Assembly: GCA_965218785.1 (NCBI GenBank)
Contig: OZ244650.1
Location: 64,001-128,000 of the forward strand
Length of the DNA stretch: 64,000 bases
Source of the DNA: Nitrosopumilus sp.
GTDB lineage: Archaea; Thermoproteota; Nitrososphaeria; Nitrososphaerales; Nitrosopumilaceae
Direction: 5' to 3'
Below the pieces are notes generated by a model. The model worked only from the letters and a program-made list of their open reading frames with translations, was not told the origin of the DNA and did not search any database. Numbering within the stretch: position 1 is the stretch's first letter; each line of letters begins with the position of its first letter. Shown piece by piece: positions 12,027 to 22,782 of the stretch. The translations under genes were made by a program, and so were the position numbers.

Positions 12027-12162
12027 GCGAAAAGACAAAGTTCGTGAACTAAAAATCATCAAAAAACTAGAGAAATTAGCGGATTTTATCCAAGGTAAGT
12101 ATGAATAATAAAATTGGAATCCTGACAATAATTCATAAACTTATGCTTCTTGTTACATATGA
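12027..12162 (+). repeat. dispersed non-coding repeat (~135 bp; second copy 60121-60253)
   Basis: Shared blocks gacaaagttc.tgaactaaaaatcatca and gtatgaataataaaattggaa in both copies. Confidence 0.85.
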
Positions 12163-12288
12163 CTAATTCAATCATAAGATATAACATTTTAGGTACAAAA
12201 TATTACAAAATATTAATTCATACGAATAATGTGATAAAATGAACAATCTTAATTTATTTTTAGTATTATTATGAAACAAGTATATTGA

Positions 12289-13818
12289 ATGATAAATTCA
12301 TCTAATGTTGTGAATCTTGCATTCGAAGAAAAACTTTGGAAGACTGCAGATAAACTTCGAAGTAATATGGATGCTGCAGAATACAAACATGTTGTTTTAG
12401 GATTAATTTTTCTCAAATATATCTCGGATGTTTTCATCGAAATTTATGATGAATTAAGCAAAGATTCTAATTCAGATCCAGAAGATGTTGATGAATATAT
12501 TTCCAGAAGAATCTTTTGGGTTCCTAAAAATGCTAGATGGAATTATTTTGAAAGCAAAGCAAAAAACCCAGAAATTGGTGAAATTATTGATGATGCGATG
12601 GATTCTATAGAAAAAGAGAATATTTCTCTAACAGGCGTGCTTCCAAAAAGCTATGCGAAACCCAATTTGGATAAACAAAGATTAGGGGAATTAATTGATC
12701 TGATTGGTACAATTAGTTTAGGTGATAAAGAAAATCGAAGTAAAGATATTCTTGGACGAGTATATGAGTATTTTTTAGGACAATTTGCGGATGCCGAAGG
12801 AAAGAAAGGAGGTCAATTCTATACACCTCGTAGTATTGTTAAATTGTTGGTTGGGATGTTAGAACCATACAAAGGCAGAATTTTTGATCCATGTTGTGGT
12901 TCAGGAGGAATGTTTGTTCAAAGTGAGAAATTTATAGACGCTCATGGTGGAAAGATTAGAAACATCTCTGTATTTGGTCAAGAAAGTAATCAAACAACTT
13001 GGCGCTTATGTAAAATGAATATGGCGATTAGGGGAATTGATGCAAATATAAAATGGGGGGATTCTTTTAGAGATGATCAATTCAAAGATTTAAGAGCAGA
13101 TTTCATATTAGCTAATCCACCGTTTAATGATAGTGATTGGAGTGGAGAGTTATTACAAGATGATGTACGATGGAGCTTTGGACCACCTCCTAAAGGTAAT
13201 GCAAACTTTGCATGGATTCAAAATTTCATACATCATCTTTCCCCAACTGGAATTGCAGGATTTGTTTTAGCTAATGGCTCTATGACTTCTAACATATCTG
13301 GTGAAGGAGATATTCGTAAGAACATCGTGAAGGCAGATCTGATTGATTGCATGATTGCATTACCCTCTCAATTATTTTATAATACAATGATCCCTGCTTG
13401 TTTATGGTTTGTATCACACAATAAAAAAAAATATAAAATTAGAGATAGGCAAAAACAAACACTTTTCATTGATGCACGTAAAATGGGTGAATTAATTGAC
13501 AGAAGACATAGAGCATTAACAGATGACGACATAGAAAAAATTTCAGATACCTATCATATGTGGCAAGGAAAAATTGATAAAAAATATGAAGATGTATTAG
13601 GATTTTGTAAATCTGTTTCTTTAGAAGAGATAAGAAAACATGAATGGGTTTTATCACCGGGTAGATATGTAGGAGTGAAGACAGAAGAAGAAGATCCAAT
13701 AGAATTTGAAGAAAAAATGAAACAGTTAACAGCAAAGATTGCAAAACAAATGAATGAAGGAAAGATACTTGATGCAGAGATAAGAAAAAATTTAGCGAGT
13801 ATTGGATATGAATTCTGA
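12289..13818 (+). CDS. hsdM: Type I R-M N6-adenine methyltransferase
   Basis: [35 protein letters not shown]. Confidence 0.96.
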   Translation: MINSSNVVNLAFEEKLWKTADKLRSNMDAAEYKHVVLGLIFLKYISDVFIEIYDELSKDSNSDPEDVDEYISRRIFWVPKNARWNYFESKAKNPEIGEIIDDAMDSIEKENISLTGVLPKSYAKPNLDKQRLGELIDLIGTISLGDKENRSKDILGRVYEYFLGQFADAEGKKGGQFYTPRSIVKLLVGMLEPYKGRIFDPCCGSGGMFVQSEKFIDAHGGKIRNISVFGQESNQTTWRLCKMNMAIRGIDANIKWGDSFRDDQFKDLRADFILANPPFNDSDWSGELLQDDVRWSFGPPPKGNANFAWIQNFIHHLSPTGIAGFVLANGSMTSNISGEGDIRKNIVKADLIDCMIALPSQLFYNTMIPACLWFVSHNKKKYKIRDRQKQTLFIDARKMGELIDRRHRALTDDDIEKISDTYHMWQGKIDKKYEDVLGFCKSVSLEEIRKHEWVLSPGRYVGVKTEEEDPIEFEEKMKQLTAKIAKQMNEGKILDAEIRKNLASIGYEF

Positions 13819-14791
13819 TAAAACATTAATCTTAATGGACACAAATAAAACTAGAAACATATTAGATGGTTCTCCTCGTTATGATGAATTTGATTTTGGA
13901 AGAGATTTCAAAGTATTAAAGTTGTTTATTGATAAAAATAATTTATCGGATAATATAATTTTAGCAATCACTGAAATGACATTAAAAGAATTACTTGTAC
14001 AAAAAAAGAAGACATATGAAGATGATAAAGAAAATCTAAGATCTGCATCAACTAGACTAAGAACTTTAAAAAATGTAGTAGTTATTCCTGATTTTACTCT
14101 ACCTGATAATTCTTTTGATTGTGTTAACTACCTTGATCCAATAATAAATGAATTCTTAAAAGAAAACAATATTACAATTATTAAAGTTGAAGATAGTAAA
14201 AAATCATCAACATTTGATGCATTAATTCAAAGGGCTATCGATAGAAAACCTCCTTTTAAGCCAGGAAAAAATAATAATTTTGGATCTGGGTTTAAAGATG
14301 CAATTATCTGGGAAACATTCAGTCAAAATGATATCAAAAAAAGTTGTGATAATATAATATTATTTACAAATGATAATGATTTTAATGGATGCGAGAAGGA
14401 AATCAACGATGTTAATTTTAAGATAATTAAATCAACAGGAGAATTAATTGATGAACTTGAATCAATATATGACACACAGATACGTATTAAAAAATATGAA
14501 AAAATATTAGAAAATCAATATTTTGAGAATAATCTTAAACATAATATTGAATTAGAGTTAGACCATACAATAGATGATATCAATATAGTTTCATTGCGTG
14601 ATCAAATTATAGACGATCCAATAGACTTGAAAGAAAAATTCCATTCTCTAAATAAAAATGAAGAATATTTTGAAAATATGATATGTTTAGTTAGCAATAT
14701 CCGGATTTTAGATGATGAGTACATAATATACAGTCTAATAGATCTTGGTCCTAATACAATTATAACAATTCAGGTAGAGAATAACCCATGA
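13802..14791 (+). CDS. PIN-domain protein (DUF4935-like)
   Basis: LMDTN, KPPF...[18 protein letters not shown] acidic PIN motifs; overlaps hsdM stop and hsdS start. Confidence 0.8.
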   Translation: MDMNSDKTLILMDTNKTRNILDGSPRYDEFDFGRDFKVLKLFIDKNNLSDNIILAITEMTLKELLVQKKKTYEDDKENLRSASTRLRTLKNVVVIPDFTLPDNSFDCVNYLDPIINEFLKENNITIIKVEDSKKSSTFDALIQRAIDRKPPFKPGKNNNFGSGFKDAIIWETFSQNDIKKSCDNIILFTNDNDFNGCEKEINDVNFKIIKSTGELIDELESIYDTQIRIKKYEKILENQYFENNLKHNIELELDHTIDDINIVSLRDQIIDDPIDLKEKFHSLNKNEEYFENMICLVSNIRILDDEYIIYSLIDLGPNTIITIQVENNP

Positions 14792-16069
14792 AACAAAGAT
14801 TCAAGCAGACAGAAATTGGATTAATTCTAGGGAATTAGAATTTTGAAGAATTAAATAAACACGCAAACATCATAATGGGTCAATCACCAAAATCTAAGTA
14901 CTATAATTCTGATGGAAAAGGAATTATATTTTTACAAGGTAATAGAACATTTGATAGAATACATCCAAGATATGATACATGGACAACCAGAGTAACAAAA
15001 CTAGCAAGAAAGATTCAGTGTTTGTAAGTGCACGAGCGCCTGTTGGTAAAGTAAATATTGCTTGTGATGATTTATGTATTGAACGAGGTTTAATGTCTAT
15101 TTCTGGAGACAATAATAAATTTATTTTTTATTTATTTAAAGCATACAAGAGTCACATTATCAGTAAAGAAACAGGAACTATATATGGTTTAGTAACCAAA
15201 GCAAGTATTTTAAACTTCAAATTTCTATTTCCAAGTTTGCATGAACAAGATCAAATTGTTAAAATCCTCTCCGATCTTGATTCTAAAATAGAACTCAATC
15301 ACAAAATAAACAAAACTCTAGAACAAATAGCCCAAACAATCTTCAAATCATGATTTCATGACTTGTTTAGCTAGTCCATAAATCATGGTTTGTTGACTAT
15401 GAGTTCCCAGATGAGAATGGAAAACCGTACAAGTCGTCGGATGGGGAAATGGAGTATAATGAAGAACTGGGAAAGGAGATTCCAAAAGGATGGAGAAATT
15501 GCAATCATAATGAACTAGGAGATTTTAAAAATGGTATAAATTTTTCAAAAAATGAAAATGGTGATTCATCTTTTTATATAATTAACGTACGGGATATAAT
15601 TAAAAATAATTTTGTGTTAGAATCTACGTGTGATGTGATAAACATAGATTTCAATAAAGCCAAAAAATATTTGTTAAAAGAAGGTGATATAATACTTGCT
15701 AGAAGTGCAAGTCCGGGGGAAGTTATTTTTATTTATGAATTTAATAATAAATTAATTTATTCTGGATTTAGTATACGATTTAGATCTTTTAATCCTATAC
15801 ATAGAATTTATTTATTTCAAAATTTTCAATTAATACAAAATATTATCAGATATAATCTTTCAGATGGCACAACTCTGAAAAATATTACTCAAGAAACGTT
15901 AAAACAAATCCAAATTCTTATTCCTGATGATGTGTTGCTTATTAGATATAACATACTTATTAAAAATATACATAAAAAGATAGTCTTATTATTGAAAGAA
16001 AACAGATCATTAATTTCTATTCGTGATTTCTTATTACCAAAATTAATATCGGGTAAAATCAGAGTTTAG
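14788..16069 (+). pseudogene. hsdS: disrupted hsdS: broken TRD1 half, intact TRD2 half
   Basis: ATG 14788 gives [16 protein letters not shown] then TAG at 14836; a frameshift near 15000; TGA at 15351 with 35-bp insertion; from 15380 an open frame to RDFLLPKLISGKIRV. Confidence 0.9.
15380..15489 (+). repeat. inner inverted repeat, right copy
   Basis: Identical to reverse complement of 6193-6302. Confidence 0.95.
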
Positions 16070-16293
16070 GTTTGATTATAAATCATTTACATTTAGATTC
16101 ATTTTTATTTTGAACTCGTAATAATCAATTTTTTATCTTCAATTTTGATCGATGCTGTGAAGTTATCGTGTGTCAGCAAGAGTAGGTATTTTGGAGAATA
16201 GTTTCAACAAAGGGAATATTTTGATTCAAAATGCTTCTGGGAATCAGTACGGATAAAGATGGATTTTCAATCCAGAGAAGATCCATATTTCAT
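16064..16293 (+). repeat. outer inverted repeat, right copy
   Basis: Near-identical to reverse complement of 5410-5639. Confidence 0.95.
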
Positions 16294-16335
16294 GTCTATA
16301 TCCACATAACTTGGGATAACCGAAAAAACAGAGTT

Positions 16336-16875
16336 TTAAATCCGCGAGGCCACATCAAAGAATGCAGAGTTTGTCTCCTCGATTGTTTTTGAACCTACAA
16401 TGATCCCTTTTCCTGATGTAAACAACAACGCAACACAGCTATCCTGAATCCGGTAAATCAATCCTGGAAACTGTTCTGGCTCGTAGATGCATCTGGGCAG
16501 TGTTCTTGCCAGAGTTTCTATTGAAAGTTTTCTACCCATATCAAACCTTGATACGATGTTTCTTACCTGTGGTGTGATCTTGACAGGCTTTACCAAATCA
16601 TAATTCCGCAGTATCCTGCATGCCTTGCGCAGTTCCCGTCTTGCCTGCTCTGGGCTTTTTGTACCCACGGAGATCAGCTTTCCGGTTCTAAAGACTGTCA
16701 CTCTACCTGTCATAACGTCATCTTTTACATATCCACATCGATACAGCTCCAGATTTGCACTGAGATGTTCATATTTGTTAAATGATTTTAGGTTGACTTC
16801 CTGCTTGAGGTCAGCAGTACACACTGTATTTTGAATCTTGATCTCTGATCGAAGCTTGATATCTGATTTTTTCAA
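16336..16875 (-). CDS. tbp: TATA-box-binding protein paralogue (divergent)
   Basis: Two TBP repeats: IQNTV...VFRTGKLISVGTKS and VRNIV...YEPEQFPGLIYR...LLFTSGKGIIVGSK. Confidence 0.9.
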   Translation of the reverse strand: MKKSDIKLRSEIKIQNTVCTADLKQEVNLKSFNKYEHLSANLELYRCGYVKDDVMTGRVTVFRTGKLISVGTKSPEQARRELRKACRILRNYDLVKPVKITPQVRNIVSRFDMGRKLSIETLARTLPRCIYEPEQFPGLIYRIQDSCVALLFTSGKGIIVGSKTIEETNSAFFDVASRI

Positions 16876-16931
16876 CTCTAATTGTTTTTGTAATCCCCTG
16901 TTTTAAAAACACTCACAGTAAAACACATTTT

Positions 16932-19577
16932 TTATTTTCCAAAAACAGAAAAGAACTCTAATGCGCCTTTTTTTGAAAGTTTTTTATTTTTTGTAAGACA
17001 GTAGTTTGTGGTAAACGTACATCTTGGACATCCCTCCCACTCCCCATCTTCCTGATTGGAGTCTGCCGAACAATCACAGTCATTAACAAGCATATATGAC
17101 GCGGCCAGTATTTTTTCAAATTCATCAAAAATCATCCTGCTGTATCCGTTAAATCCGTTTGATGAGTTGTCATAAAGATAGATTACTCCATCTTCATAGT
17201 ATGCATCTATCTCGTTTGATTCTGACTTTGTAATGATCTTCGATGCGTTAATCAGCATGTGTATAACCGTATGAACTCGATAATCTGATGACATTTGACT
17301 TTTGGATCCAGAATCTATTTTTAAAACAAATTCTGATGGAATATCTATCCTGACTGCAGAATGCCTTGATCTCCAATTAAAGTTGCGCCATGCCGGAATG
17401 TCTGCACCATTAAACGTCTCAAACTTTTCTATTGATTCATTATAATTTCCCTTTAGATATCCAATAACTGTTTTATTTATTTCGACCATACCATAACGCA
17501 ACTGAATTTTTCTAGAGTTCATTATAACTTCCCTATATACTGCATCATCTGAAATTTCAGTAATTGATGTTATAATAATCGGAATCGTATTTTTTTGTAT
17601 TTCATCTGATTCCTTCAGGCGAGCTATTGCCCCGTTTCGAGATTTTGTTAACGATTCCACCTTGTAGGTTTGTTTGTTAAAATGATAAATTGCATCCTGG
17701 TGCAGCTGGTAATATCCCATGGGAATCCCTCTGGTCCCTATCTTTTTTGAATTATGATAAATTTCAATCTCACCTGACACCCCACGCAAATTGACACTAT
17801 TTGCAAAGGCAAAAAATTCAAGCTTGTCTGGCGTCATAACTGATCGTTTTTCAACCTCCACTGACTTTGTATGTTTTTCAGAAATGATAGGATTTTCTTT
17901 GTTAATTGAAATGATGTGCCTCTGTGCAAGATAATCCTTTATGTGCCGGGCAAAATAATGACATGCTGCATCATCTGGATCAAACACGCATACGGCATAT
18001 GATTTTTGTCCCATTCTTCCTGCACGCCCAATTCTTTGAACAAAAGAGTCATACTCGTTTTTAAACGCTGAAATTACCACATCCACACGACCTATGTCGA
18101 TTCCAAGCTCTAGTGTGGGCGTGCAGGATAACGCGTCTAATTCCCCTGCCTTCATCTGCAATTCGTAGAGTTTTCTATCCCTCTGATTAATGCCCCCTCT
18201 GTGAACCTGTATCCTGATTCTCTTGTTTGATTCTTCCAGATTTGATGCAAGAAACTCTGCGTTATTGTGGGAATTACTGAAAATCAACTGTGTAGAACCA
18301 TTTTCATAGCAAATTGACGCTAGCCGCTCCATGGTCGTCCTTTGTCCAAATTTTCTTGGCATGATAAAGATCATGTGCATGTCATGTTTTCTTCTGATCT
18401 TGCTTTTGATGTGTGAAAATGATTCTATAGGCAGATCAAACATATCGGAAAAAAACTCCCTGGAATTATCAAGTGTCGCAGAAGAGCCGACAAACTGGAC
18501 TTTACTCATGTACCTCTTCATTCGTTTTAACACGTGATACACGTTTGATCCATGAAAACTAGTGTAGGAATGGGCCTCATCCATTACAATTATTTTTGCA
18601 TTTTTGAACAGATGGCGCCATTTTTTATCCTGTAAAATCAGATGATAATTGATAAAATCAAAATTTGTTGCAATGATAACTGATTTTTTATATGAATCTG
18701 AAATGACTTTCTCCTTATATTCGGGATTCTGACCGCCGTGAATAGAGTAAACGCCTACAGTGCTGTTTAATCCGCATTTTTCAATTAGCTCTGATATTTT
18801 TGCTACCTGATCATCAATTAACGCATTTAATGGATATACAAACAGTGCAAAGACTCCGCGTTCTTTTACTTTGGAGATTTTCTGTAAAATCGGAATGGTA
18901 AATGCTTCGGTTTTACCAGAACCCGTGGGCGCCGATATTATCGAGTTATCCCCCTTTAGAATACGGCGAATCGTCTCTTCTTGGAATGGCAATAATCCTG
19001 AAAATCCGTATTTCTGTATTCCGCTTCGGATGTTTTCAGATAAAATATCCTTCAAGTTGTTAATGGGAATTTTCTCTGGTTCTGGAGCAGTCATGTTTTC
19101 ATAGTGAATTATGCCTAGTGTCTCTTCTTTGTGGCCCTGGATAATTTCATTAATTATTTTATCTTCATTTAGTAGTGATTCTGGAATTTTACTGATGTCA
19201 AAGAGGATGTCTGATGATATCGGTGTTGGTGATGTTGGTGTCTCTGGTTTTATGACTTTGGGCTTTTGTTTTTTATATTTTTTAATTTCATCTGGATAAT
19301 ATGGTTCGGCTGATTCTATGGGGCCATCACATTGATGCGGTCTGTCTGTCCGGGAATCCATTGGAATGAATTTGCCGCTGTCGGACTTGAATTCCTCATC
19401 CCAGTATATCTCGGTCCCGCATCCTTTATTGCATTGTTTTGTCTTTGAGTAATTAATTCCATATGCCGGTCTTTTTTTAACGACTAATTCAGGATTACAT
19501 CTTGGACAAATCCATGATGCTCCCACATCTTTTGAATTCTGCAAAAGTCTAGTATCACAATCTGAACAGAATTTCAT
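16932..19577 (-). CDS. DEAH-box SF2 helicase with DUF1998 (MrfA/Hrq1/SftH-like) and N-terminal Zn-binding modules
   Basis: APTGSGKT, DEAH, SAT, QRIGRAGR; C-terminal CDC...GCPRC; start placed at MKFCSDC. Confidence 0.9.
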   Translation of the reverse strand: MKFCSDCDTRLLQNSKDVGASWICPRCNPELVVKKRPAYGINYSKTKQCNKGCGTEIYWDEEFKSDSGKFIPMDSRTDRPHQCDGPIESAEPYYPDEIKKYKKQKPKVIKPETPTSPTPISSDILFDISKIPESLLNEDKIINEIIQGHKEETLGIIHYENMTAPEPEKIPINNLKDILSENIRSGIQKYGFSGLLPFQEETIRRILKGDNSIISAPTGSGKTEAFTIPILQKISKVKERGVFALFVYPLNALIDDQVAKISELIEKCGLNSTVGVYSIHGGQNPEYKEKVISDSYKKSVIIATNFDFINYHLILQDKKWRHLFKNAKIIVMDEAHSYTSFHGSNVYHVLKRMKRYMSKVQFVGSSATLDNSREFFSDMFDLPIESFSHIKSKIRRKHDMHMIFIMPRKFGQRTTMERLASICYENGSTQLIFSNSHNNAEFLASNLEESNKRIRIQVHRGGINQRDRKLYELQMKAGELDALSCTPTLELGIDIGRVDVVISAFKNEYDSFVQRIGRAGRMGQKSYAVCVFDPDDAACHYFARHIKDYLAQRHIISINKENPIISEKHTKSVEVEKRSVMTPDKLEFFAFANSVNLRGVSGEIEIYHNSKKIGTRGIPMGYYQLHQDAIYHFNKQTYKVESLTKSRNGAIARLKESDEIQKNTIPIIITSITEISDDAVYREVIMNSRKIQLRYGMVEINKTVIGYLKGNYNESIEKFETFNGADIPAWRNFNWRSRHSAVRIDIPSEFVLKIDSGSKSQMSSDYRVHTVIHMLINASKIITKSESNEIDAYYEDGVIYLYDNSSNGFNGYSRMIFDEFEKILAASYMLVNDCDCSADSNQEDGEWEGCPRCTFTTNYCLTKNKKLSKKGALEFFSVFGK

Positions 19578-19881
19578 TAATAATTTTTGTAAATATACCA
19601 TTAATGAATAGTGCTTTGTTGAACAAGACATCCTGTATTCTCAATAGATCACTATTCCACTAACAAGAACTTCTCCCGTCAGTATGTATTCAAATAAACA
19701 TTGGATTTAGATCTGATTCTTTCATCAGTAATAGTACATGAAATGTAATAGACATCTCAAATTCAATTGAATTGATCATTACAAAAACTGATCACTGATT
19801 TTCTAGTAAGAGTGTCATTTTAATAAATTCACATAAAAAAATTAGCGAATGATTTAAGGAGCCGACTTTATTAAAAAAATT

Positions 19882-22782
19882 ATGGATTATGAAGGATTAA
19901 AGCTGTTTATTCAGTATAGTGCTCATCCTCAAACAAATTACGAATTTGTAATAATAAGAATTCTTTTAAATGTAGAACATGCAACACGTAATTCAATAGT
20001 TAAAGACCTGAATGACGCAAATCCTTCATCTGGTGAAGATTTTCATGAATCAAGCATATTTGATCTTCTTGTTGAAAGAGGAATAATAAAAGAAGATGAT
20101 GGAATTTATACTTTAATTGATTATGATAAATTTTCTGTAGAACAAAAGAAAATGCTTGTAAAATTATGTAATGAAAGAATTCAAGCCATTGACTCTAAAA
20201 TCGATCCTCAGCCAAATTATTTTAAAATTGCACCTGGAGAACAAGCTCGGGACTGGCAAAGACAAAAGAAACAAAGAAGCATTGGAATTGGTTGGAATGA
20301 TCTAGGTGATTTAAGTAGATTAGAATTTGAACAAGTAAATGAATTAATTAAAAAAAGCAAACATGCTAGATCAATTTTTACACAATTCAAAAATTTTCTC
20401 AGTATCAAAAAAGGAGACATCATTATTGCAAACAAAGGAATGAGTAAAATAGTTGGTATAGGTAAAGTGATTGGAGAATATCAATACAAACAAGACGAAG
20501 AACATGCACATACATTTCCTGTAGAATGGATTTACACAAAAGAAAAATACATTCCAACACAAACAAACTGGTTTTTTACAGTTTCCAAAATTACTCCTGA
20601 ATCATTCAATAATATAATTTCAGAAAAATCATCTTTATCAGAAGAATTTGAAGATCTGGTAAAAAAATTCGATAAAAATCCAAAAGACTTTGAAATTAAT
20701 GATTGGACATGGACAAAAAAAGAAGTTAGAGAAAAATATCATGAACATTTTGTCACAAAATTCCCTGCAGAAAAAATTGATAATCTTACAATTGAACAAT
20801 ATGTTTTAGGAATTTTAGATGATGAAAAAAAGCCAAATCAAGAATCATTTTCATATTATTTGGAAAGAGAGGCACCCACAACAGGCAACATTATGGGCAG
20901 TGTATCAAAAAAATTTGGAATTTATTATGATAGAAAAAATCAAAAAGATTTCATCTATTCAAAGTCATATTCCAATGAGATTGATGCGTTTAATGCAGTA
21001 AAGCATGACATTACAGTGATTTTATCTGCTGGAAAAAAATACATAGATGACAAAAATTCTAAAAAATTATCTAACATTGTTGATATACAAGATCGAAATA
21101 TTCATAGACATATTAGATCAAAGTTACTATCTACATATTATCCAGATTCATTTTTATCAATACATAGCAGAAAGAAAATTGATTTACTATTAGATTATTT
21201 TAATATTCCAAAAGTGGAACTCAAAGAAAAACTAACTATGAAACAACTCAAATTACTTGACATTAAAGATAGACATCCAATAATGAAAAATTGGGATGTT
21301 TGGACATATTCTTACTTTTTGTTTGCAGTAATTTTACCAAAAATGGAATCAAAACATCCTATAAGGCGTGATGAGCAAATTTCAAAAAAACAATTACCAA
21401 TACCAAGTTCAGAAAATCTGGCAGAACTCAAAAAACAATTAGCAAAAGTATTACTGATAAGGGATGACAAGTTGGAGGAAATAATTTCTGCATTATTAAC
21501 AGGAAAAGGTGTATTATTAACAGGTGCGGTGGGTACCGGAAAAACTCATCTTGCAAAAATATTGCCTGAAATTGCTTGGAAAGACCATGGTGGTGGATAT
21601 TATTCCAAGATAGTAACGGCAACATCGGATTGGACTACAACAGACGTAATTGGAGGAATTCATCCTAAAGTGGATGCGGGAAAGATAACCTATGAAATTC
21701 AAAAAGGATGTGTTGCAAATACGGTTTCATTAAATTGGAAGGAAGGAACAAACAAATCAAAAGAAAGAGAATCATTTGAAGGATTAAACGCAGAAAAAAA
21801 CAAGCATAAATTTAGAGGCGTTTGGCTAGTCATTGATGAATTTAATCGTGCAAACATAGACAAAGCATTTGGACAATTATTCACGGCTTTGGAATACAAA
21901 ATTATGCAAATCCCAACAGTAGATCCAAATGAATCAGAAGAAGAATTAATCATTCCAGAAGATTATAGGATTATAGGTACACTGAATACCGCAGATAAGC
22001 ATTATTTGCATTCATTATCGGATGCATTAAAACGAAGATTTTCAATTATTGAATTATCAATACCTGATTATTCTCAAAAAGATGAGGAATTATATTTCGT
22101 AATCAAAAAAGCAATGAAAGACAATGTTAGTAAAGTAAATCTGATTTTATCTGATATAGAAGGAAAATTTGCTAGAGGTAAAGGTGATCCGGATGCAGAA
22201 AATATTGTTGATACATTATACACATTAATGACATTTATCAGAGAAATAAAACCATTAGGAACCGCATTATTAATTTCCATGTTGAGATTTATGATTGTAA
22301 ATCACTCATTAGATTTGGTAACAAATAAAAAATGGAATACAAGTTTAGATAGTGCACTAGTATCATTTATTATTCCACAGATCGAAGATTTACCTTATTG
22401 GACATTAAAAGTAATTAGAGCCGCCTTTTGCAATGATTTAGAAAAATTCTTTGAAAATGATCCTGAGATAAAAGTTGAAGGTCCTGAAAAATATAAAAAA
22501 GATTTTCACAAATCCGTCGAATTTATTAAAAAAATAAAAACTAAAAAACGAAATAAAATTTTATTTAGATTTCTAGATAACAAACTTGGAACAAATAAAG
22601 AAAATGATGAAGATGGTAATGAAAAACCTGACAAAGATATAGAATATCTGAAAATATGGAATGCAGAAAATATAGGAAGCAAGCCAGCTCTTCCAAAATT
22701 TAGCAATGCGATTGATCAGATAATTTCTGAAAATGGATTTGATGAACAAACAGAGGAAGAATCTGAAAAAAATGTCGGATAA
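19882..22782 (+). CDS. mcrB: McrB-like AAA+ GTPase with long multi-domain N-terminus
   Basis: GAVGTGKT, IDEFNRA, signature NTAD, ALKRRF. Confidence 0.88.
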   Translation: MDYEGLKLFIQYSAHPQTNYEFVIIRILLNVEHATRNSIVKDLNDANPSSGEDFHESSIFDLLVERGIIKEDDGIYTLIDYDKFSVEQKKMLVKLCNERIQAIDSKIDPQPNYFKIAPGEQARDWQRQKKQRSIGIGWNDLGDLSRLEFEQVNELIKKSKHARSIFTQFKNFLSIKKGDIIIANKGMSKIVGIGKVIGEYQYKQDEEHAHTFPVEWIYTKEKYIPTQTNWFFTVSKITPESFNNIISEKSSLSEEFEDLVKKFDKNPKDFEINDWTWTKKEVREKYHEHFVTKFPAEKIDNLTIEQYVLGILDDEKKPNQESFSYYLEREAPTTGNIMGSVSKKFGIYYDRKNQKDFIYSKSYSNEIDAFNAVKHDITVILSAGKKYIDDKNSKKLSNIVDIQDRNIHRHIRSKLLSTYYPDSFLSIHSRKKIDLLLDYFNIPKVELKEKLTMKQLKLLDIKDRHPIMKNWDVWTYSYFLFAVILPKMESKHPIRRDEQISKKQLPIPSSENLAELKKQLAKVLLIRDDKLEEIISALLTGKGVLLTGAVGTGKTHLAKILPEIAWKDHGGGYYSKIVTATSDWTTTDVIGGIHPKVDAGKITYEIQKGCVANTVSLNWKEGTNKSKERESFEGLNAEKNKHKFRGVWLVIDEFNRANIDKAFGQLFTALEYKIMQIPTVDPNESEEELIIPEDYRIIGTLNTADKHYLHSLSDALKRRFSIIELSIPDYSQKDEELYFVIKKAMKDNVSKVNLILSDIEGKFARGKGDPDAENIVDTLYTLMTFIREIKPLGTALLISMLRFMIVNHSLDLVTNKKWNTSLDSALVSFIIPQIEDLPYWTLKVIRAAFCNDLEKFFENDPEIKVEGPEKYKKDFHKSVEFIKKIKTKKRNKILFRFLDNKLGTNKENDEDGNEKPDKDIEYLKIWNAENIGSKPALPKFSNAIDQIISENGFDEQTEEESEKNVG

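Noticed and set aside
14979-15353. Independent 124-aa gene
   Set aside because: It is a frameshifted fragment of the disrupted hsdS TRD1
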